From Bacteroidaceae bacterium (GTDB lineage Bacteria > Bacillota > Clostridia > Oscillospirales > Acutalibacteraceae), in contig CAVCCW010000001.1 of the NCBI GenBank assembly GCA_963600825.1, positions 4,841 through 68,840 on the forward strand: a stretch of 64,000 nt of DNA, read 5' to 3'. The notes beneath the pieces were generated by a model. The model saw nothing but the letters and a program-made list of their open reading frames with translations, did not search any database and was not told where the DNA came from. Position 1 is the stretch's first letter. Every line of letters begins with the position of its first letter. The position numbers and the translations under genes were made by a program. Positions 34,049-42,745 of this stretch are shown piece after piece.

Positions 34049-34684
34049 ATGACCAAAAAAGAGCGCGCCCGCGCCGCGGTGGAACAATTAAAACTCATGT
34101 ATCCGGATCCGGAATGTTCACTGGAAGCGCAGGATCCGTATCAGCTGTTGGTGGCAACACGCTTGTCCGCTCAGTGCACGGATGCCCGGGTCAACCTGGT
34201 TACGCCAGCATTGTTTGCCGCGTTTCCCACCCCGGAAGCTATGTCCAAAGCACCGGTAGAAGAAGTGGAAGAACTGATTCGCTCCACCGGCTTTTACCAC
34301 ACCAAAGCCAGAGACCTGGTTATCATGGCCCAGCAGCTGTTAGACCGCTTTGACGGCAACGTGCCGGATAACATAGAAGATTTAACCTCTTTACAAGGCG
34401 TCGGCCGAAAAACGGCCAATCTGATTTGCGGAGACATTTACCATGTCCCGGGCTCCGTGGTAACGGATACGCACCTAATCCGCATTGCCAACCGCATCGG
34501 TTTAGTGGACACCAAGGACCCAAAGAAGGTGGAACTGGAACTCCGCAAGCTGTTGCCGCCGGAGGAAAGCAACAACTTTTGCCACCGTTGCGTTATGCAC
34601 GGGCGTGCCTGCTGCACGGCCCGGAAGGCCCATTGCGAAAACTGCGCCTTAACGGAAATTTGCAAAAAGAAGATTGCAAAATAA
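34049..34684 (+). CDS. nth: endonuclease III
   Basis: HhH-GPD motif (LQGVGRKTANL), catalytic region and C-terminal 4Fe-4S Cys cluster (C..C..C..C). Confidence 0.9.
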   Translation: MTKKERARAAVEQLKLMYPDPECSLEAQDPYQLLVATRLSAQCTDARVNLVTPALFAAFPTPEAMSKAPVEEVEELIRSTGFYHTKARDLVIMAQQLLDRFDGNVPDNIEDLTSLQGVGRKTANLICGDIYHVPGSVVTDTHLIRIANRIGLVDTKDPKKVELELRKLLPPEESNNFCHRCVMHGRACCTARKAHCENCALTEICKKKIAK

Positions 34685-34733
34685 CGCATTTTCATTAAAA
34701 TACTGTATAGGCGCGTTTTTGCGCCACCCTTAT

Positions 34734-34809
34734 GGGCCTATAGCTCAGCTGGGAGAGCGTTCGGTTCGCATCCGAGAGGTCGAGGGTTCGAATCCCTTTA
34801 GGTCCACCA
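34734..34809 (+). tRNA. tRNA-Ala (anticodon CGC), CCA encoded
   Basis: GGGCCTATAGCTCAGCTGGGAGAGCGTTCGGTTCGCATCCGAGAGGTCGAGGGTTCGAATCCCTTTAGGTCCACCA. G3:U70 identity pair is present. Confidence 0.92.
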
Positions 34810-34814
34810 CATAG

Positions 34815-34852
34815 GAACGGTTATTCTGACAGAATAACCGTTCTTTTTTTTT
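34815..34852 (+). terminator. intrinsic terminator after tRNA-Ala (also abuts the 3' end of the convergent araC-family gene)
   Basis: GAACGGTTATTCT-GAC-AGAATAACCGTTC followed by T9. Confidence 0.8.
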
Positions 34853-34857
34853 CACTG

Positions 34858-35817
34858 TTATCTTTGGGAATCCCGATACTTTTTCGGGGTAAGGCCATAG
34901 GCTTCTTTGAAAATGCGATGAAAATAACTGAGGTTGCTGTACCCAACAGCGCGGCCAATGTCATCTACCTTAAGTGATGTACAACGTAGGTAATAAGCGG
35001 CCTGGCTTAGGCGCTTATGCTGCAGCAATTCTTGGAACGTGTTCCCGGTCCTGCGCCGGATTTCCCGGCTAAGCCAGTAAAGATCATAATTTAATTCGCC
35101 GGCAATCTCTGTAAGGGAGGCTGCCTGGTAATATTCCTCAATGTAGCGAAGTACCCGCACAACCGCATCTTCCTGCATATTTTTGGTGGTCAACTTGTCC
35201 GTGTGGTTCATCAGCTCCATAAAAAGCAGTCCCATGGTGGTTTGGCAAATGCTTCGGCGATTTGGCTCGCTTTCATTTAACAGGGTGTAAATCAGGTTTT
35301 CTACCAGATTCTGAACCGGTAAAATATCTGCCACACGGAAATGCAGCCAACCGGTATTTTCGGAGCCAAGGCTTTCGGTTAAGAAAGTGCGTAGCGGCGC
35401 TTTGTCGGTATCCAGCATTTCCAAAACCTTATCAAAAAACTGCGGCAGAATAATAAAATTTACGGCAATGTCGTCTTCGCCGGCAGGTAAAATTTCCTGG
35501 GTTGCTCCCTGGCCGAAGAACAGTAGCTCGCCCTGTTGCAATGTAACAGAGGTGCCGTTGGCAATGTGTGTGGTACTTCCCTGGCACATATAGACCACTT
35601 CTACGTAGTTGTGGCTGTGCTCCGGGAAGTGAGCAAAACGGGTATGGGGACGGATGGTAATCAGCCGCCCGCTCTGCAGAAGTTTGGCAGCATCCACGAT
35701 GTCAGATGCCGCAGCTGCGTCCATATAAATTCCTTTATTTAGCGCCTGCCCGGACAGAAGAGACTCCTCTTCCGGACTGATTTTGCTGAGCTGTTGCAGC
35801 AATTCCTGATTTAACAT
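34858..35817 (-). CDS. AraC-family transcriptional regulator (cupin sensor + dual HTH)
   Basis: 319 aa with an N-terminal cupin (H.H.Y.E..Y...G) and a C-terminal AraC HTH (..LSYFHRIFKEAYGLTPKKYR). Divergent from the sugar operon. Confidence 0.85.
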   Translation of the reverse strand: MLNQELLQQLSKISPEEESLLSGQALNKGIYMDAAAASDIVDAAKLLQSGRLITIRPHTRFAHFPEHSHNYVEVVYMCQGSTTHIANGTSVTLQQGELLFFGQGATQEILPAGEDDIAVNFIILPQFFDKVLEMLDTDKAPLRTFLTESLGSENTGWLHFRVADILPVQNLVENLIYTLLNESEPNRRSICQTTMGLLFMELMNHTDKLTTKNMQEDAVVRVLRYIEEYYQAASLTEIAGELNYDLYWLSREIRRRTGNTFQELLQHKRLSQAAYYLRCTSLKVDDIGRAVGYSNLSYFHRIFKEAYGLTPKKYRDSQR

Positions 35818-35861
35818 GTGCTTGGCACCCCGCCTTTCTTACCTCCTACTATAATTTTTTT

Positions 35862-35897
35862 GTGTCCTGGTTTGCAATGCAAATCAGGACACTTTTT
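35862..35897. promoter_or_regulatory. 31-bp near-perfect palindrome plus T5 in the divergent araC-family/rhaB intergenic region
   Basis: GTGTCCTGGTTTGCA-A-TGCAAATCAGGACAC (14 of 15 arm positions pair), centred at 35877. It begins 6 nt after a plus-strand TATAAT (35850-35855). Confidence 0.5.
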
Positions 35898-35966
35898 CTG
35901 TCAAATAGCAATCTAAACTTTTGCGTCTATACATGATTAAATGAAGGCAAAGTGAGGCGCGTAAGA

Positions 35967-37244
35967 ATGAAGTGTTATCTTGCAATAGATATTGGTGCAT
36001 CCTCTGGACGACATATTTTAGGCTGGTGGGAAAACGGAAAAATAAAGGCAAAAGAGATTTACCGGTTTCCCAATGGCGTAACAGAGCAGGCGGGACATCT
36101 TACCTGGGATATGGAAAGTTTGGTTTCCCATGTCCGGCGCGGCATAGAAAAAGCCAAAGTGGAGTGCTCTGAAATTGTCAGTCTTTCCGTAGATACCTGG
36201 GGTGTGGATTACGTCCTTATGCAGGGCGATATAGCTGTTTTCCCCGTCTACGCCTACCGCGATGACCGTACGAAAGAGGCAGTGGAGAAAGTACACGGCA
36301 AAATTTCTTTTTCCAATCTGTACCAGCGGACGGGGATCCAATATCAACCCTTTAACACAATTTATCAACTTTATGCGGACCAATTGGCAGGACGCTTAAA
36401 GGATACAACAGATTTTTTGATGATTCCGGAATATCTTATTTACCGGCTTTGCGGAGTTAAAGTGCATGAGTACACGAATGCCACAACAGGCGGTATGGTG
36501 AATGCCGAAACAGGAGAATATGATCCGGAAATCATTGCCGCGCTGGGGCTGCCGGAACACCTTTTTCCAAAACTGGCTGCACCGGGAACCGTGGCTGGCG
36601 AATATGAAGGTATCAAAGTGGTCCTTTGTGCCACCCACGACACCGGATCAGCGGTTGAGGGAATTCCCATGGTTGGAAATAATCCTTATATTTCAAGCGG
36701 GACCTGGTCCCTGCTTGGTGTAAAGACAGAAAAGCCAATTACAAACCGGGCAAGTGAACTTGCCAACTATTCCAATGAAGGTGGCGTAGGCTATAACCGG
36801 TATCAGAAAAACATTATGGGTATGTGGCCGGTAAACGAACTGAAGCGGGAACTTTGTCCCGATACTCCCTTTTCAGAAATAGATCAGGCTGCGGTAGAAA
36901 GTACGTGTGAAACCGTTGTAGATATTAATGATCCGGAGTTTTTTGCGCCCAAGAGCATGAAGTCTGTCTTTGACGAGAAAAGCGGAAATACCTTACACAC
37001 GATCGGAGATTATTTTTGCTGTGCGTATCGCTCTTTGGCAGTCAGCTATCAAACCGCGCTTGCTGAACTGGAGCGAAACACCGGAAAAACTTATAAAACG
37101 CTTTACATTGTAGGTGGTGGCGCAAAAAACAAAGTGTTAAATGAACTGACTCGCAAAATAACAGGAAAAGAGGTTGTTGCGCTGCCCATAGAGGCAACGG
37201 CAATTGGCAACCTGAAAGTACAGATGGAGGGTATGGAATGTTAG
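35967..37244 (+). CDS. rhaB: rhamnulokinase (FGGY family)
   Basis: AIDIGASSGRHIL..EIYRFPNG....LTWDMESL matches the E. coli RhaB N-terminus. Start set at the internal ATG. Confidence 0.8.
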   Translation: MKCYLAIDIGASSGRHILGWWENGKIKAKEIYRFPNGVTEQAGHLTWDMESLVSHVRRGIEKAKVECSEIVSLSVDTWGVDYVLMQGDIAVFPVYAYRDDRTKEAVEKVHGKISFSNLYQRTGIQYQPFNTIYQLYADQLAGRLKDTTDFLMIPEYLIYRLCGVKVHEYTNATTGGMVNAETGEYDPEIIAALGLPEHLFPKLAAPGTVAGEYEGIKVVLCATHDTGSAVEGIPMVGNNPYISSGTWSLLGVKTEKPITNRASELANYSNEGGVGYNRYQKNIMGMWPVNELKRELCPDTPFSEIDQAAVESTCETVVDINDPEFFAPKSMKSVFDEKSGNTLHTIGDYFCCAYRSLAVSYQTALAELERNTGKTYKTLYIVGGGAKNKVLNELTRKITGKEVVALPIEATAIGNLKVQMEGMEC

Positions 37245-38659
37245 TGGAAACCAAAGCAAGAATCGGCGTTTTTGCCATTGCCCTGGGGGCGTATCTGCCG
37301 CAATTCCCGGAGCTTGTGCCGGAATTTGAGGAGCAGTACCGGGACTTTAAGAAGCGGATTCCGGACACCGTAGAACTGATTGATGGCGGCATTGTGACGA
37401 CAAAGGAACTGTCTATGGCGGCGGGAGATAAATTCCGTGCCGCAGATGTGGACCTGGTTATCCTGCAACTTTTGACCTATGCCACCAGTTACAATATGCT
37501 GCCGGCGGTACGGGATTTGGATGTGCCGGTGGTGCTGGTAAATCTGCAGAAGAAAAAGGCACCGGATTACGCAAACACAGATACTCCTACCTGGCTTGGC
37601 CAGCTGTATGCCTGCGGTGCTGTTGGTGAAATGGTTGCAGATTTGGAACGCGCAGGAAAACGGCATGCGGTTATTACCGGTGTAGTGGAAGGCGGAGATG
37701 ATACGGCCCAGGCAGAAATTGAAGACTGGTGCCGGGCAGCACAGGTGCGTCGCCGCTTCCGTGATACCAACCTTGCCCAAATTGGCAGACCGTACCCCGG
37801 TATGATGGATTTGTATATTGACGAAACCAATTTGTATCATCGGATGTGGCTGTATACCAAGCAGTTTGACTGGGAAAAAATGTGGGCCATTGCCGATGAT
37901 ATTACAGATGAAGATGCCATTCGCACAAAAGCGGAGGAAATCTTAGATACCTTTGATATTGAAGGTGGTGCCACGGTGGAAACCGTTTGGGATATGGCAC
38001 GTTATGTGGTTGCCTTTGAACAATGGGTCAAGGACGAACAGATTGCGCTGATTGCTTCCCATTATGATGGCTTTGCCAAAGGGGTGGCCGGAAAACTGGA
38101 TGCCATGCTGATTCCGGCGTTCTCCATGCTGATTAAGCAGGGCGTTGCCTGCGCGGTAGAGGGAGACATTAAAGTGGCAATGGCCATGAGTATTCTCAAA
38201 ACCATTTCCGGTACCGGACAACTTTCTGAAATGTATTCCATTGACTTTGATGAAGATGTTTGCATTATTGGCCATTCCGGCTCGGGCGATGCAGACATCA
38301 GCGTAGAAAAGAAGCCCACCATGAAAATTGTTCCGGTATTCCACGGGAAAACGGGTGGAGGCTATCTGACCCAGTTTTATCCGCCGGTTGGTCCGGTAAC
38401 GTACCTTGGCATTACACAGGATCAGGATGGGCACTTTAAATTTGTTGTGGCAGAAGGGGAGAATCAGGAAGGCCCGATTTTTACCTTCGGAGACACCAAT
38501 ATGCGCACGAAATTTTCCTGCGGAGCACGGGAATTCTGTAACCGCTGGAGTCAGGCGGGACCGACGCATCATATGGCGGCAGCAATCGGCCACCATACCA
38601 ATACCATCTTAAAGGTGGCAGAAATTTTTGATGTGCCGGTAGATGTTATTACCAGATAA
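37238..38659 (+). CDS. L-arabinose/L-fucose isomerase-family sugar isomerase
   Basis: 473 aa. AraA-like metal-site context (AVEGDIKVA, SEMYSIDF, IIGHSGSGD). GGAGGG RBS. Overlaps the rhaB stop. Confidence 0.7.
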   Translation: MLVETKARIGVFAIALGAYLPQFPELVPEFEEQYRDFKKRIPDTVELIDGGIVTTKELSMAAGDKFRAADVDLVILQLLTYATSYNMLPAVRDLDVPVVLVNLQKKKAPDYANTDTPTWLGQLYACGAVGEMVADLERAGKRHAVITGVVEGGDDTAQAEIEDWCRAAQVRRRFRDTNLAQIGRPYPGMMDLYIDETNLYHRMWLYTKQFDWEKMWAIADDITDEDAIRTKAEEILDTFDIEGGATVETVWDMARYVVAFEQWVKDEQIALIASHYDGFAKGVAGKLDAMLIPAFSMLIKQGVACAVEGDIKVAMAMSILKTISGTGQLSEMYSIDFDEDVCIIGHSGSGDADISVEKKPTMKIVPVFHGKTGGGYLTQFYPPVGPVTYLGITQDQDGHFKFVVAEGENQEGPIFTFGDTNMRTKFSCGAREFCNRWSQAGPTHHMAAAIGHHTNTILKVAEIFDVPVDVITR

Positions 38660-38671
38660 GGAGAAACGGAA

Positions 38672-39484
38672 ATGAAAGATATTTTAACAGCACCGTGGAT
38701 GATAGAAATGATCCGCACGGCGGACAATATGTATCAGCATGGCTGGGATGAACGCAACGGCGGCAACATTAGCCTGTTGTTAGAGGAAGAACAGGTATGT
38801 GAATACGTGGACACGAAGAAGGTTCTGCGTACTTTGGAAACAGGATTTACCGCGCCCTCTCTGGAAGGAAAGTATTTCCTTGTAACCGGAACAGGAAAGT
38901 ATTTTAAAAATGTAAAATATGCACCGGAAGTCAATTTGGGACTGGTGCACCTTGTAAACGAAGGGCAGACGGCTGAACTGCTTTGGGGATTTGCCGATGG
39001 AGGCTGCTTTACCTCCGAGTTCCCAGCGCATATGATGAGCCATGCAGAGCGGCTGAAAGTGGATTCGGAAAATCATGTAGTTATGCACTGTCATCCAACC
39101 AACTTACTTGCTATGACGTATGTCCATACACTGGATGAAAAAGCGTTTACAAGAACCCTTTGGCAGATGTGCACCGAGTGTATTGTCGTCTTTCCGGACG
39201 GCGTTAATGTTTTGCCGTGGATGCTTTGCGGCACCAATGAAATTGGTCGTGCCACTGCCGAAAAAATGCAGACAGCCAGACTTGTAGTATGGGCACAGCA
39301 TGGAATTTACGGTGCCGGCAAAGATCTGGATGAAACCTTCGGGCTGATTGAAACAGCCGAAAAGGCGGCAGAAATCTACATGAAAATTGCCCATCTGCCA
39401 ATCCTGAACAGCATTACAGATGAACAAATGCACCAGTTGGAACAGCGTTTCGGCGTAACGGCCAGAGCGGGATATTTATCTTAG
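38672..39484 (+). CDS. rhaD: rhamnulose-1-phosphate aldolase (class II aldolase family)
   Basis: 270 aa. ..HGWDERNGGNISL.. N-terminal signature of RhaD, plus the HxH zinc site (MHCHPTN). Confidence 0.8.
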   Translation: MKDILTAPWMIEMIRTADNMYQHGWDERNGGNISLLLEEEQVCEYVDTKKVLRTLETGFTAPSLEGKYFLVTGTGKYFKNVKYAPEVNLGLVHLVNEGQTAELLWGFADGGCFTSEFPAHMMSHAERLKVDSENHVVMHCHPTNLLAMTYVHTLDEKAFTRTLWQMCTECIVVFPDGVNVLPWMLCGTNEIGRATAEKMQTARLVVWAQHGIYGAGKDLDETFGLIETAEKAAEIYMKIAHLPILNSITDEQMHQLEQRFGVTARAGYLS

Positions 39485-40149
39485 CTTTTGTCAATTGTTT
39501 TTAGCTTAAAACTGTTTTTGTAGAATTCCAGTAGTCCGTCATCTCGCATTTTTCCAAGCTCCTTGGAAAGGGCACTGCGGTCCAGGTTTAAGTAGTCTGC
39601 CAACTGCTGGCGGTTAAAAGGGATCTGAAAGGTGGTGCTACCGTTTTTGGCGGCCTGCGTTGACAAATAAAGCATAACTCTTTCCCGGATGGTTTTGGGT
39701 GTGGTGCAGAAAATGCGGTTAGATAAAAGCAGGTTCTTCTGTACGGAAATACGAAGAATATTATTTAATAGTTTAGGGTACCAGGTCTGCTGTGCGTTTT
39801 TTTCGCACAGCAGATTTTTTATGTCCACAAAAAGAATGTTACAGTTTTCTGCCGCTACTGCATCTACCATCATTGGCTCTCCGGCAATGGCATAGGTCTC
39901 GGCAAATACCTGACCGACGGAAATGTTACTTAAAATACTTCTCTTTCCCCAGGGGCCAATGCTTTCTATGTGAACACTGCCATTTTGGACAATGCCGATT
40001 TCGTGGACAAGGTCTCCGGAGTGAAAAATGATGGTTTCTTTGGGAAAGGAGCTGGATCGCAGATAGGAAGAAGAAAGGATGTCCGCGGCTTCGGCATCCG
40101 TGAAATTCTGGAATAAAAAAGAGGGTAGGGTTTTCATGGAATTTTTCAT
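39481..40149 (-). CDS. Crp/Fnr-family transcriptional regulator
   Basis: 222 aa with a cNMP-binding-like beta-roll and a C-terminal HTH (RQQLADYLNLDRSALSKELGKM). Its 3' end overlaps the rhaD stop by 4 nt. Confidence 0.85.
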   Translation of the reverse strand: MKNSMKTLPSFLFQNFTDAEAADILSSSYLRSSSFPKETIIFHSGDLVHEIGIVQNGSVHIESIGPWGKRSILSNISVGQVFAETYAIAGEPMMVDAVAAENCNILFVDIKNLLCEKNAQQTWYPKLLNNILRISVQKNLLLSNRIFCTTPKTIRERVMLYLSTQAAKNGSTTFQIPFNRQQLADYLNLDRSALSKELGKMRDDGLLEFYKNSFKLKTIDKS

Positions 40150-40164
40150 AGAGCTCCTCGTTTC

Positions 40165-40178
40165 GTGGTTATAACCAC
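40165..40178. promoter_or_regulatory. perfect 14-bp palindrome GTGGTTATAACCAC, candidate Crp/Fnr-family operator
   Basis: Lies in the 93-nt divergent region between the Crp/Fnr gene and the ferredoxin-like gene. Confidence 0.4.
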
Positions 40179-40242
40179 ATAATTACTACCTTTATTACAC
40201 TATACTAAGCGTGGAAAAGCAAGAAAAATGGAGGAGCTACCT

Positions 40243-40983
40243 ATGATTAGAAAGATTATTCAGATTGATGAAGAAAAGTGCAACGGCTGTGGAGCCTGCG
40301 CCAATGCCTGCCATGAAAATGCCATTGAAATGGTAAACGGTAAGGCCAAATTAATGCGCGATGATTATTGTGACGGTATGGGTGACTGCCTGCCGCAGTG
40401 CCCGACCGGTGCTATTACATTTGTGGAGCGGGAGGCCGCCGCTTATGATGAACAGGCGGTAGAGGAAAACAAAAAGAAGAAGCAGGCCGCCGCAGCGCCG
40501 GCTCAGGGCGGACACGGTGGTCACGGTGGCTGCCCCGGCCACCAGATGCATCGCTTCCAGCGGGATATTACTCCGGAAAGTGCTCCAGAAGCTGTTGCAG
40601 CGCCTGTTGCCAAACCGCAATCCCAGCTGGGTCAGTGGCCGGTGCAGATTAAACTGGTATCCCCTGAAGCATCTTATTTTGATGGCGCCAAGCTTCTGAT
40701 TGCAGCCGATTGTACGGCTTATGCTTATGCCAACATGCACCAAGACTTTATGCGCGGCAAAATCACTATAATCGGCTGCCCGAAGCTGGACGCTGTTGAT
40801 TACACGGAAAAGCTGACCGAAATTATTAAGAATAACAACATCCAGTCCGTCACCATTGTCCGCATGGAAGTGCCCTGCTGCGGCGGCCTCCAAATGGCTG
40901 CCATGAACGCCCTGCAAAACAGTGGCAAGTTCATTCCTTGGCAGGTAGTCACCATCTCCCTTGATGGCAAAATCCTGGATTAA
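40243..40983 (+). CDS. 4Fe-4S dicluster ferredoxin-domain protein with a Cys-rich C-terminal domain
   Basis: CNGCGACANAC and CDGMGDCLPQCP cluster motifs, a GGHGGHGGCPGH linker and a C-terminal domain with CPKLD and PCCGG. Start taken at the ATG behind a GGAGGAG RBS. Confidence 0.75.
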   Translation: MIRKIIQIDEEKCNGCGACANACHENAIEMVNGKAKLMRDDYCDGMGDCLPQCPTGAITFVEREAAAYDEQAVEENKKKKQAAAAPAQGGHGGHGGCPGHQMHRFQRDITPESAPEAVAAPVAKPQSQLGQWPVQIKLVSPEASYFDGAKLLIAADCTAYAYANMHQDFMRGKITIIGCPKLDAVDYTEKLTEIIKNNNIQSVTIVRMEVPCCGGLQMAAMNALQNSGKFIPWQVVTISLDGKILD

Positions 40984-40990
40984 ATAAAAA

Positions 40991-41014
40991 GCTGACTCGC
41001 CCGGGCGAGTCAGC
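40991..41014 (+). terminator. hairpin terminator
   Basis: Self-complementary GCTGACTCGCCCGGGCGAGTCAGC with a weak T tract after it. Confidence 0.55.
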
Positions 41015-41141
41015 TCCTTTGCGTTTGAAAAGACACGCCATGTTAAACCAACAAAGCACCGGATCTTTGTTAATTCTTTCGGCTGAAAGCGATTTATAAT
41101 AAAGGTGTCCGAGTTTAATTTTTATAGGCAAAGGAGGAAAA

Positions 41142-42053
41142 ATGATGCAAGAAAAGAAGGTTGCAGTTGTTACCGGCGCGGCTCGCGGGATGGGCTTTGC
41201 TGCCGCAAAGAAACTCTGCGAAAAGTACTATGTTATTCTGACAGACGTAAACCAGGAGAATTTGGATGCCGCTGTAAAGGAATTGACAGAGGCAGGATTT
41301 TCCTGTGAAGGGAAAAAGGTAGATGTTAGTGACCACGGGGCCGTGGCCGAGCTGGCGCAGTACGCTGCCACAAAGGGCCAGGTGCAGGCTTCCGTAAATA
41401 TTGCAGGTTTGTCCCCGTCCATGTCAGATGCAAAGAAAATTTGGACCGTAAATGCCCTGGGCACCGTTTATATGGCTGAAGAATTTACCAAGGTAATGAG
41501 CGAAGGAGCCTGCATTTTGAATTTTTCATCCATGTCCGGGGACATGCTGCCGGATTTGGCCGTTATCCGGATGTTCCACAATCTGGAAAGTCGGAACCTG
41601 GAAATGTACAAAAAGATAATGTATAAGCTTTTGGATTTGATGCCTGCCACCTTCGGCCCGGCCATGGGATACATGCTGTCCAAGAATTTTGTAAATTATT
41701 ATGCAGCGCTGTATTCCAGAAAACTGGTAGACACGGGAATTCGCTGTGTTACCATCAGCCCCGGTGACTTTGCCACGCCAATGGGCATGCTGGAAAAGGA
41801 CGGCGCCGCAACCTATCTTCCCGGAGCTTCCATTCGCCGTTTCGGCCAGCCGGAAGAAATGGCGTTCCTAGTTGACTGCGTGGTAGACGAACGCAACAGT
41901 TACCTGACCGGCTGTGAAATCCTGAATGACGGCGGCGTCATTGCCAGCCTGCGCACCAGCATGCTGTACAATGTAAAAGCTACGGTAAAGGCTGCCATCA
42001 ACCAGTACCACCTGGCCGACAAGTTCCCGGTGCTGAAAGTATTTGTGAAATAG
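41142..42053 (+). CDS. SDR-family oxidoreductase
   Basis: TGAARGMG cofactor motif, NIAG and YxxxK (YMLSK). 303 aa. Confidence 0.8.
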   Translation: MMQEKKVAVVTGAARGMGFAAAKKLCEKYYVILTDVNQENLDAAVKELTEAGFSCEGKKVDVSDHGAVAELAQYAATKGQVQASVNIAGLSPSMSDAKKIWTVNALGTVYMAEEFTKVMSEGACILNFSSMSGDMLPDLAVIRMFHNLESRNLEMYKKIMYKLLDLMPATFGPAMGYMLSKNFVNYYAALYSRKLVDTGIRCVTISPGDFATPMGMLEKDGAATYLPGASIRRFGQPEEMAFLVDCVVDERNSYLTGCEILNDGGVIASLRTSMLYNVKATVKAAINQYHLADKFPVLKVFVK

Positions 42054-42074
42054 TGTTTGGAGTTATGGCAAAGT

Positions 42075-42105
42075 AAAAGCCCTGCGCAATCAGCGCAGGG
42101 CTTTT
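42075..42105. terminator. bidirectional intrinsic terminator
   Basis: AAAAGCCCTGCGC-AATCA-GCGCAGGGCTTTT between convergent genes. Confidence 0.8.
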
Positions 42106-42130
42106 GAGTTTTATTTATGGCTTTCCATAA

Positions 42131-42745
42131 TCAGCCTTGTACTTTTTCCATGGCCTTGCGGAGCGGGAGCGCAAGAACAACAGCTAAAATAGTGCAGGTA
42201 ATGGCTTCAATTAAGCCGTTGATGCCGACAAAGGCAATGGTGAAAGCAAATACGTTGGTGCTTCCCAATTGGGCCGCCAATCCCTGAATCAGGTCTGTTG
42301 GCCAGAAAAACGCCAATAAGGTGGTCATGAAGAAGAGCGTGTTTAACAGTGCGCCCGCAAGGCCACTGACGCCGTACGCCAAGGCGTTTTTCTTTTTGAA
42401 TGCCTTGAAGATGAGTCCGCAGAGCCACCCCATCAGACAACGGGTTGGTACACAGACGAAGAAGGTGGCCACCGGACGAATCTGAAACAGAAGAACGCCG
42501 AAGGCGGACAGGCCGCTGACGGCCTGGATAAAGCTGGTAATACCAAATGCCAGGCCAAGAATGGCTCCGGCTTTTTCATCCAGCAAGGTGGCGCCCAGGA
42601 TAACCGGAATGGTAATCAGGGCAATTTCCAGTCCTGCCGTTTTAATGTAGCCGATAGGGGTGAAGGCCATTAACAGAAGGATGGCCAGCAACACAGACAG
42701 CTCCGTTAAATACAGGACCCGTGGGTTTACGCGTGCTTTTTTCAT
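42131..42745 (-). CDS. ECF-transporter S component (substrate unknown)
   Basis: 204 aa with 6 TM helices and an ECF S-component-like pattern (..TPIGYIK..GLEIALITIPVILGA..L....GAILGLAFG..SF). Confidence 0.65.
   Translation of the reverse strand: MKKARVNPRVLYLTELSVLLAILLLMAFTPIGYIKTAGLEIALITIPVILGATLLDEKAGAILGLAFGITSFIQAVSGLSAFGVLLFQIRPVATFFVCVPTRCLMGWLCGLIFKAFKKKNALAYGVSGLAGALLNTLFFMTTLLAFFWPTDLIQGLAAQLGSTNVFAFTIAFVGINGLIEAITCTILAVVLALPLRKAMEKVQG

Noticed and set aside
32231-35900. Possible tRNA-associated genomic island or prophage next to the tRNA-Met/Glu and tRNA-Ala genes.
   Set aside because: I found no integrase, recombinase, phage gene or direct repeat of a tRNA 3' end. The flanking genes are ordinary metabolic and regulatory genes.
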